Origin: Candidatus Micrarchaeota archaeon | GTDB lineage: Archaea > Micrarchaeota > Micrarchaeia > Anstonellales > Bilamarchaeaceae | DNA: 23,849 nt | NCBI GenBank assembly: GCA_037440825.1 | Contig: JBBITJ010000001.1 | Location: 39,828 to 63,676, forward strand | Direction of reading: 5' to 3' | Shown here: piece after piece, positions 7,877 to 14,307 of the stretch | How the letters are laid out: every line of letters starts with the position of its first letter | How positions within the stretch are numbered: position 1 is the stretch's first letter | Position numbers and translations under genes: made by a program | Notes under the pieces: model-generated | The model's input: the letters and a program-made list of their open reading frames with translations, nothing else | Database searches by the model: none | Told to the model about the DNA's origin: nothing

Positions 7877-7884
7877 TTTTTAAA
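7877..7884 (-). promoter_or_regulatory. TATA box for the Cys leader/cysE transcript
   Basis: TTTAAAAA on the minus strand; the spacing places the TSS at or near the leader ATG (7853). Confidence 0.6.
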
Positions 7885-7905
7885 TGTGAGTTTAGGAAAA
7901 GAAAC

Positions 7906-7933
7906 CAAACTGAAGACTGGAAACGGAAAACCG
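7906..7933 (+). repeat. 7-bp tandem array (4 units)
   Basis: CAAACTG AAGACTG GAAACGG AAAACCG. Confidence 0.7.
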
Positions 7934-7966
7934 CAAAGTGCTTCAAAAATGGAAATAAGGAGAAAA

Positions 7967-8602
7967 TCAGATAGCCAGTACCCACTTCACATATCCGGGC
8001 GTCTCGCTCTTCGGAGCGCCTACATACTCGAAGTAAATGTCGAACTGGTTCTGGTCCTTGGGAAGCTGGACTGCGACCCAGCCGCTCACCGTGGCTCCTG
8101 GCTCTATGGGCTGGCTGAAATCCAGCTCAGGAGAGAATTTTGCATTCACGGCCATCGCGGAGCTGGTCTGGAATTTCAGACCCTTGCCCATCGCGTAGAT
8201 CTGCGGCGTCAAGATCTTAGCCTCGGTTCCGCTGTTGGTTACCTGGAAGTAAAGGAGGAGGTAGTTGGAGCTTGCTCCTGCGCTGAAATCCACGTTCGCG
8301 AGCGAGATGCCGTAGGATTCAGTTCCGTAGGTCACTGATTCCGCCTGCCCCAGCCTGCCGTTCTCTATTACGGTAGGAGGCTCTGCCGGAGTCACGTTCA
8401 CAGGCCAGTTCGTGACGTTGGCACCTGTCTGATTCGTCTGGTTCGTAACGTTCACGCCGGTCCCGTTGGTCTGGTTTGCTCCGTTGGTCTGGTTTGCTAT
8501 GTTTCCGCCGGGCGTGACGTTTTCCTCCGTTCCGCCTGGAACTATTACGCAGCCGGAGAACAATATGAGAGCCATGAAGCCGAGAATTATCTGCATCCGC
8601 AT
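7967..8602 (-). CDS. Lipoprotein with N-glycosylation-sequon-rich linker and C-terminal Ig-like (DUF4352-like) domain
   Basis: Signal peptide ending in lipobox LFSGC; repeated NQT/NVT/NGT sequons; V.N.G...I.PG.T.SGWV pattern; SD GGTGA before ATG 8602. The longer ORF-track start runs through the tRNA gene. Confidence 0.75.
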   Translation of the reverse strand: MRMQIILGFMALILFSGCVIVPGGTEENVTPGGNIANQTNGANQTNGTGVNVTNQTNQTGANVTNWPVNVTPAEPPTVIENGRLGQAESVTYGTESYGISLANVDFSAGASSNYLLLYFQVTNSGTEAKILTPQIYAMGKGLKFQTSSAMAVNAKFSPELDFSQPIEPGATVSGWVAVQLPKDQNQFDIYFEYVGAPKSETPGYVKWVLAI

Positions 8603-8676
8603 GATTTCACCTGCCCCATACTCCGATAAGAGATTTAAAAAATTTATGCAGGATGACTGAGAAAGAAGATGCATTG

Positions 8677-8712
8677 CAAACTCTGAACGCGAAACAGAAA
8701 ACTGGAAACTGA
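8677..8712 (+). repeat. 7-bp tandem array (5 units) directly 3' of tRNA-Phe
   Basis: CAAACTC TGAACGC GAAACAG AAAACTG GAAACTG; 8689-8712 matches the reverse complement of 353-376 at 23/24 positions. Confidence 0.8.
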
Positions 8713-8715
8713 TAT

Positions 8716-8788
8716 TGCCACGGGCGGGATTTGAACCTGCGACCCTCCGGTCTTCAGCCGGATGCTCTCCCAACTGAGCTACCGTGGC
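8716..8788 (-). tRNA. tRNA-Phe (anticodon GAA), intronless, CCA not encoded
   Basis: Reverse complement GCCACGGTAGCTCAGTTGGGAGAGCATCCGGCTGAAGACCGGAGGGTCGCAGGTTCAAATCCCGCCCGTGGCA; anticodon loop CTGAAGA; one A-C mismatch in the T-stem. Confidence 0.96.
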
Positions 8789-8980
8789 AGTAGCTAGGAT
8801 TAGTGAAAGGAACTATGCTGTGATGTTTTTTAATTGTTTTCTATTCCAGAAGGCTGAAAACGTTCAATTCTATGCCTCCGGTTTTCTCCAATTCGCCCGC
8901 CAGCTCTGCCTCCATGCATCGCACTAGGTAGTCGCCGTTGTAGGAATGTATGCAGAACTGGAAACGACCATGCGCCCGCC

Positions 8981-10159
8981 CTATGGCTGCAACCACTCTA
9001 TCTCGTAATGCTCGTAGTCGCTCCCCGGAATCTCTATCCGCTTGACCGCATAGTAGGTGACGCTGCTCTCCCTGTCCGCGATTGCGAGCAGCACTTCCAA
9101 CCCGTAGTGCTTCGCCTCGAAAAGCGCTTCCGCGAGCTCCTCTCCCCCCAGGTATTCATCTTCTGAAAGCGAATACATCAAAAAGCGGGGCTGCCCTTCC
9201 TTGGGAGTCTCTATTCCGCCTTTTTTGCGGTGGTAGAGCAGGAAATCCAGCCTGGGCTTCTTCGCATTCACCTTGATGTCCAGCTTCTTGCCCGGAATCG
9301 CTAGTATGAACGTCTTCTTCACCGAGTGCGCGACGCGGATGGCGCGCGACCACTCGGAAATGAGCATCTTGCTCCTGCGCGGGAAGATGTGCACCACGTG
9401 CTTGGAATGCACCCATTCGTTGTTCTCCTTCACCGGCGAGGCGCCGGGGAAATATATCCTGAAATGCGTCCCGAACTTGAAACCTGTTTTCAATACGTAG
9501 CCCTTGTCCCTCCAGTCATCGTAGACCGAGTACATGTCCTCGAAGTACTTTATGCGGTCTTCGGCCTCCTTCCAGATTTCCCCGAGCTCCGCGTTCTTCA
9601 ATTTGAGGTTGCCGTGCTTGAGCAGGTAGATGGTCTCATAGATGTCCAGCTTCGCGATCTTGCCGCGATGCGCCGCCTTGTAGGTGCCGAACTGGCCGAG
9701 CCAGTATTTCTCGTACAGCTCCTTTCCGCTCGCCTCGTCGTCTATAATGGTGATGAGGTCGTCCATGAAGAACACTCCTTGGAGCGCGTAGGCGTCTATC
9801 TTGAATTTTCCTCCGCTATAGCGCTTTGCTGCCGCGTGGCCGTAATTCCCCTTCACCTCGGTGCTCGGCCTGGACACCAGCCCGCGGTCGCGCCAGTCCT
9901 TGAACGTGAGGTAGCGCGCGAGCAGCTTCTTCCTTTTCAGGAAAAGGGATGCGAGGTCGTTGAACGTGTACGGGTTGCCGGATTCATCCACGCACGTGGC
10001 GTTCCTTATGTCCATCATGTAGAGCGCTTCCTCTGGCTCGAGGTAAATTATGCCTTTCCGCATCTCGCCGTAGAATCCGTTCTGCAAAGAGCTCACGTCC
10101 GCTGGCTCCTTCACGCATATTTCCCCTGATTTCCTTTCCAGATAGAGTGTAATTCCCAT
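8981..10159 (-). CDS. endA: tRNA-intron lyase (splicing endonuclease), probably three-unit epsilon2 type
   Basis: L...EALY, DWR..G, KTGFKFGTHFRIY (catalytic Tyr), ..HSKH, RVAHSVKK (catalytic Lys); 392 aa; central loop GQFGTYKAAH. Confidence 0.92.
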   Translation of the reverse strand: MGITLYLERKSGEICVKEPADVSSLQNGFYGEMRKGIIYLEPEEALYMMDIRNATCVDESGNPYTFNDLASLFLKRKKLLARYLTFKDWRDRGLVSRPSTEVKGNYGHAAAKRYSGGKFKIDAYALQGVFFMDDLITIIDDEASGKELYEKYWLGQFGTYKAAHRGKIAKLDIYETIYLLKHGNLKLKNAELGEIWKEAEDRIKYFEDMYSVYDDWRDKGYVLKTGFKFGTHFRIYFPGASPVKENNEWVHSKHVVHIFPRRSKMLISEWSRAIRVAHSVKKTFILAIPGKKLDIKVNAKKPRLDFLLYHRKKGGIETPKEGQPRFLMYSLSEDEYLGGEELAEALFEAKHYGLEVLLAIADRESSVTYYAVKRIEIPGSDYEHYEIEWLQP

Positions 10160-10235
10160 TGCTTCACCTTGTTATTTTGGGTACAGCGCCCATGAAAAAA
10201 TCGGGCAATAAAATATCTCGGACTGGGTTTAAAAA

Positions 10236-11024
10236 TCAGAGGAATTTCTCCAGTCCCGGCTTGACTGCCATGCCGTCCTTCGCGGCGATGGTGCGCACCC
10301 CGCTCTCCTTCTCTATCCTCGCGGCCTCCTTCTCCGGGCCTTCGCGCAACATCTTCATGCCCATGTGGGTGAGTATCGCGAGCTTCGGCTTTGCGACCCT
10401 GAGCAGCTCGATCGTCTCGGCGGAGGTGAAATGCCCGAGGTACTCGTCCTTCTCGGGCTTCATCGTGTTCACTATCAGCCAGTCGCATCCCTTGTACTGT
10501 TCGTAAAGGCCGTCGAAATATTCCGTGTCGCTCGTGTACCCTACTGTGAGCCCGTCCATTGAGAGCTTGAACCCGAATGTGGTCTCTTCCTCGTGCTCAG
10601 CCTTCAGGATCTCGATTTCAAACGAGCCTTTTTCATTGGAGAATTTCCTCTTCTCCCCCCACTTCGCAGCATAAACCTCTTTCACTTTCGAAAGGTGGTA
10701 ATGGGTGAAGCCCATGTCGCCTTTTTCGTCGCCTTCCACCGCATTTTTGCTGCCGATTACGATGCCTTTTTTCTTCAGTGTGTACGAGGTCATGGCCTCC
10801 ACGAGCACGTTCGCGTCGGTGCAGTGGTCTATGTGCAGGTGCGTCACTATTATCGCGTCCAGGTGCATCGGGCTCTGCTTCATCTGCAGCCCGTGGATGA
10901 GCGCTCCGGGCCCAGGATCAACGTGTATGCTGAGGGAGCCGTTTATCCTGAACCCTCCGGTCCAGCGCCTCTGCTGTACGAGGTTCACGCGGCCGCCGCC
11001 AGTACCCAAGAAAACGATTTCCAT
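10236..11024 (-). CDS. Metallo-beta-lactamase-fold hydrolase (RNase Z-like superfamily)
   Basis: FLGTGGG, VDPGPG, THLHIDH (HxHxDH), YTSDT, GH, LTH motifs; SD GGTGGTG upstream of ATG 11024. Confidence 0.9.
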   Translation of the reverse strand: MEIVFLGTGGGRVNLVQQRRWTGGFRINGSLSIHVDPGPGALIHGLQMKQSPMHLDAIIVTHLHIDHCTDANVLVEAMTSYTLKKKGIVIGSKNAVEGDEKGDMGFTHYHLSKVKEVYAAKWGEKRKFSNEKGSFEIEILKAEHEEETTFGFKLSMDGLTVGYTSDTEYFDGLYEQYKGCDWLIVNTMKPEKDEYLGHFTSAETIELLRVAKPKLAILTHMGMKMLREGPEKEAARIEKESGVRTIAAKDGMAVKPGLEKFL

Positions 11025-11042
11025 GCTTGCCAGCACCACCGG

Positions 11043-11070
11043 CTTTCCGGTTCAGCGTTCCCTGTTTCGC
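11043..11070 (-). repeat. 7-bp tandem array (4 units)
   Basis: Minus strand: GCGAAAC AGGGAAC GCTGAAC CGGAAAG. Confidence 0.6.
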
Positions 11071-11159
11071 CTGTAGAATTTATCAATCCAACCTGTCGGA
11101 TTCGACCTTCGTGTTTCTGTCCTCTATTTTCCGCGCGCTCTTCAAGAGTGGCCATACCA

Positions 11160-12176
11160 TCATCCCTTGCTCCTCAGCTCCTCAATCATCCTGCAATGCA
11201 TGCATATGCGCGCTCGCGCATCCTCCAGCCCTTCGCGGGGAGCGGAGGCTGGCTCTCCGCACAAAGTGCAATGCGAGATTTCCAGCTTCTCCGGCAGCCC
11301 CTTGCGCATGAGCTTCTCCATCTCGATGAACGAGGCGAGGATGCGCATTTTCGTGCCCGGATATTTCTCCTCGGTGTCGTTCAATTGCGTCTTCACATGC
11401 TGCCTGAACGAGAAGTGCGCGTACGGGCACTCGGAATAGTGGATGCCAATGCCGCGCAGCAGCGCGTATATCGCGACTTCCTTCTCATAGGTGCGCATCA
11501 AGGGGCGGATGCGGGGAATTAGGTGCGCATCCTCGGAAAGCGGTTCCAGGAAGCGCGCGAGCCGCGCGGGCTCGTTCCTCATCATGTTCATGAGCACGGT
11601 TTGCGCCACGTCGTCAAGGTTGTGCCCTATGGCAATCTTGTGCGCCTTCGCTTCGCGCGCGCCCTTGTTCAGGAGATAGCGGCGGAAGACGCCGCACCAG
11701 CTGCACGCCGAAGTTCCTGTCCTTTTCATCATTTCGTCCAGCGTGAGCCCTGAGTCGGCCTTGAACGTCATGACCTTGAGCGGGACCTTGAGCTGCCTGC
11801 ATGCCGCCTTCGCGACCTTTAGCGTGGCCGGGCGGTAGCCCTTCACCCCCTCGTCTATCGTTATCGCCACGAGCTCGAAGGGCAGCCTCTTCCTCATCTT
11901 GGAGAGAAGATGGAGCATCACCACGCTGTCCTTCCCCCCGGAGAGCCCGACCGCCACCCGGTCTCCCGGCTTTATCATAGAGAATTCGCGGACCGTGCGC
12001 ATGAACCTCTTCTCGAAATAGGCAATGAAGCAGCCCGCGCAGAGGTGGCGTGCAGCGTAAGCCAGATGGACCGCGGCCGGCTTTCCGCATGAGGAACATG
12101 GCGGTTTTCTGTTCCGGGTTTTGTGTTTCGTGCCAGGAATTCCGGAACTGGAAACCGAAGACTGGAAACCATGCAT
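11160..12176 (-). CDS. tRNA 2-thiolation protein, TtuA/NcsA (Ncs6) family PP-loop ATPase
   Basis: N-terminal CxxC..CxxC/H zinc finger, PP-loop SGGKDS, CSWCGVFRR, GHNLDD, ECPY, C-terminal CxxCGEP..CxxC. Confidence 0.92.
   Translation of the reverse strand: MHGFQSSVSSSGIPGTKHKTRNRKPPCSSCGKPAAVHLAYAARHLCAGCFIAYFEKRFMRTVREFSMIKPGDRVAVGLSGGKDSVVMLHLLSKMRKRLPFELVAITIDEGVKGYRPATLKVAKAACRQLKVPLKVMTFKADSGLTLDEMMKRTGTSACSWCGVFRRYLLNKGAREAKAHKIAIGHNLDDVAQTVLMNMMRNEPARLARFLEPLSEDAHLIPRIRPLMRTYEKEVAIYALLRGIGIHYSECPYAHFSFRQHVKTQLNDTEEKYPGTKMRILASFIEMEKLMRKGLPEKLEISHCTLCGEPASAPREGLEDARARICMHCRMIEELRSKG
12104..12171. repeat. Inverted pair of 7-bp tandem arrays (4 + 4 units) inside the ttuA-like 5' end
   Basis: GTTTTCT GTTCCGG GTTTTGT GTTTCGT [GCCAGGAATTCC] GGAACTG GAAACCG AAGACTG GAAACCA. 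Confidence 0.8.
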
Positions 12177-12185
12177 ACGGATTTA

Positions 12186-12430
12186 ATGCCGAATAGCGCT
12201 TAAATCATTATGGACACGCGAACAACTGCCCATGCAAAAGGGACTCGGAGGCTTCGCGGATTTCGTGGAGCGGTGCAGGGAAACCGGAGCCCTGGTTGTC
12301 TACACTGGGCATGCGTCGCTGGGCAAAGGGACAGAGGACTGGCACATGCATGAAGCATTCGATGCCAAGGCAGGAGACATGGTTCTGGATGGAGATGATG
12401 GGGCAAGGCAATTCGGACCAGATACCCCTT
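12186..12430 (+). pseudogene. Possible decayed isochorismatase/cysteine-hydrolase gene fragment
   Basis: MPNSA*IIMD (in-frame TAA at 12201), then in another frame FVERCRETGALVVYTGH..LGKGTEDWHMHEAFDAKAGDMVL. This resembles the ALLIIDMQ...ARxxGxPVI...GTxGWxI..L.P..GD.V pattern, judged by eye. Confidence 0.35.
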
Positions 12431-12622
12431 TTAGCCGCCAAAGACTACTTTTATCACTTCAACCTGGTCTTTGCCGCCAACTTCCGAATCTTCCGGAACC
12501 AGCGCTCCGTTGACCTTCACGAGCGCTTCCTCGCGCTGCACGCCGAGCTTCCTGAGGAGCTCTGAAACCGTCCCACGGCTGAATGCGCACTTCTTCCTGA
12601 CGCCGTCCACCTTCACGATCAT
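12431..12622 (-). CDS. ThiS/MoaD-family ubiquitin-like sulfur carrier (SAMP-like)
   Basis: 63 aa, TVSELL..LG, VKVNG..VPED, C-terminal VVFGG diglycine; upstream of the ttuA homologue on the same strand. Confidence 0.88.
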   Translation of the reverse strand: MIVKVDGVRKKCAFSRGTVSELLRKLGVQREEALVKVNGALVPEDSEVGGKDQVEVIKVVFGG

Positions 12623-12671
12623 GGGTTATTAATCATCTCATACATTTATATAGTTTGGAAGATGATGAAAA

Positions 12672-12776
12672 ATGATGCACCCCCAGGACAATACGCACAC
12701 GATAATACGCATTGCAGCCGCGGCAATGGTTGCGCTCCTGGTAGTGCTGGTCATCGCGGCAGTAGTGCTGAAGTGA
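12672..12776 (+). CDS. Small single-TM peptide (34 aa)
   Basis: MMHPQDNTHTIIRIAAAAMVALLVVLVIAAVVLK*; TATA TTTATATA at 12645-12652, 27 nt before the ATG. Confidence 0.45.
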   Translation: MMHPQDNTHTIIRIAAAAMVALLVVLVIAAVVLK

Positions 12777-12824
12777 CGGCAGGTATTTAAAGTTCACCCA
12801 TGAGAGCATCCATGGTGCTGGAGT

Positions 12825-13067
12825 ATGGCGAAAGAAAACAGAACCGGAAACAGGGGACGCGAGACTTCGCGCGGGCAGGGTTCCACTGAATACCTCGTAG
12901 TCCTCGTTGTCGTACTCGTGATAGCGGTCATAGTGATCGCGCTCCTCGGAGGATTCACGCCTTTCGACCAGAGCTCCGTGGTGGAGCAGAGCCAGACATA
13001 CTGGCAAGGAGCCACTCCTTTTTCTATCGAGGAGAGCATGATAGTGACTGAGAACGTCACGGAATGA
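12825..13067 (+). CDS. Class III signal peptide (archaeal pilin-like) protein, possibly truncated
   Basis: RG|QGSTEYL followed by a ~20-residue hydrophobic helix and QSQTYW; only 80 aa. The basic region is encoded by a heptamer array (12840-12867). Confidence 0.7.
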   Translation: MAKENRTGNRGRETSRGQGSTEYLVVLVVVLVIAVIVIALLGGFTPFDQSSVVEQSQTYWQGATPFSIEESMIVTENVTE

Positions 13068-13080
13068 CTTAGTTGATCTT

Positions 13081-14046
13081 ATGCAGGACAGCGAATTGCT
13101 TCCATGGACTGAGAAGTACCGCCCGCGGAAGCTGGAGGAGGTCGCGGGCCAGGAAGAGATACTAAAGACCCTCGTGGCGTTCGTGAAGGCAAGGAACATG
13201 CCCAACATGCTCTTTGCTGGTCCGCCCGGAGTGGGAAAAACCACGGCTGCCATAGCGCTGGCGCACGAGCTCTACGGCAAGAACGTGAAGGGCAATCTGC
13301 TCGAATTGAACGCTTCTGATGAAAGGGGAATAGACATCGTCAGAGGTAAGATAAAGGATTTCGCGCGCAGCATCGCGATAGGGGATGTGCCTTTCAAGCT
13401 CATATTCCTGGACGAGGCGGATGCGCTCACTCCGGACGCGCAGCACGCGCTCAGGCGCACGATGGAGCTGTGTTCGAGCGTCACCAGGTTCATACTCAGC
13501 TGCAACTATTCATCCAAGATAATAGAACCCATACAGAGCAGGACCGCGATATTCAGGTTCCTCAAGCTCAACGAGAAGGACGTGAAAAGAACATTGGAGC
13601 ACATAGCGAAGTCGGAAGGGCTGAAGATGGACGAAGAGGCTTACGCCGCCCTTTACTATGTTTCCGAAGGGGACATGAGGAAATGCGTGAACGTGATGCA
13701 GGGTGCAGCCATACATTCCAAGCACATAACCAAGGACCTCGTGTACAAGATTTCCGCGCGCGCTGAGCCCAAAGAAGTGCGGGAGATGATGGAACTCTCG
13801 CTTGCAGGGAAGTTCGCGGACGCGAGGAAAAAGCTGGACGAGCTCATAGTGAACTACGGGCTCTCTGGAGAAGACATAATACTCCAGATGTACAGGGAAG
13901 TGGACAATTTGAAGGTGGAGGAGAAGAGGAAGGTCGAGCTCATAGACCGCATAGGCGAATACAATTTCAGGCTCGTGGAAGGCGCGAACGAAAGGATACA
14001 GGTCGAAGCCCTGCTCGCGCAGATAATGCTCATGGGCAAGCAGTAG
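13081..14046 (+). CDS. rfcS: Replication factor C small subunit
   Basis: PWTEKYRP, GPPGVGKTT, ELNASDERGI, FLDEAD, AQHALRRTME, SKIIEPIQSR. Confidence 0.97.
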   Translation: MQDSELLPWTEKYRPRKLEEVAGQEEILKTLVAFVKARNMPNMLFAGPPGVGKTTAAIALAHELYGKNVKGNLLELNASDERGIDIVRGKIKDFARSIAIGDVPFKLIFLDEADALTPDAQHALRRTMELCSSVTRFILSCNYSSKIIEPIQSRTAIFRFLKLNEKDVKRTLEHIAKSEGLKMDEEAYAALYYVSEGDMRKCVNVMQGAAIHSKHITKDLVYKISARAEPKEVREMMELSLAGKFADARKKLDELIVNYGLSGEDIILQMYREVDNLKVEEKRKVELIDRIGEYNFRLVEGANERIQVEALLAQIMLMGKQ

Positions 14047-14063
14047 AATTTTCCACTAATGGG

Positions 14064-14285
14064 ATGTGCGCGTTACAAGGCGCGGCCCGGAAGCCGAGCG
14101 CAACTCACTACCGCACAGTTTCGGAGATCTCCTGGGGCTCAAAAACTCGGCTGCGACGCGCTTTTCCGGGAAACAGCCAGAATTTCAGGGGTGGATTAGA
14201 CGTGTTCTCTGCAGAGGAATTCGAAGCCCTGGCCGGAGTCTGGAATGTGGATGGAAGGATACTCCGCGGAAGCGGGATTGAAAAG
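14064..14285 (+). pseudogene. Possible decayed minimal-nucleotidyltransferase (MNT) gene fragment
   Basis: GSRA in one frame (14089-14100) and VSE..G...R...LDVFSAEEFE...GIE in another; weak by-eye resemblance only. Confidence 0.25.
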
Positions 14286-14307
14286 GAAGAAAAAATAAAT
14301 GCTGATA

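Noticed and set aside
8603..8773. N-terminal extension of ORF 7967..8773
   Set aside because: It runs through tRNA-Phe and a repeat array. The SD and signal peptide indicate a start at 8602.
8924..8971. Minus-strand 15-codon ORF MVVSSSAYIPTTATT* with a Thr cluster, just after endA
   Set aside because: It has no TATA box at leaderless spacing, and the next feature is tRNA-Phe, not a threonine gene. Recorded as a caution that short codon clusters can arise by chance.
14079..14104. GGCCCGGAAGCCGAGCGCAAC resembles SRP RNA helix 8
   Set aside because: The CCC/GGG stem closing the GGAA loop and the CAGG/AGCA symmetric loop are absent.
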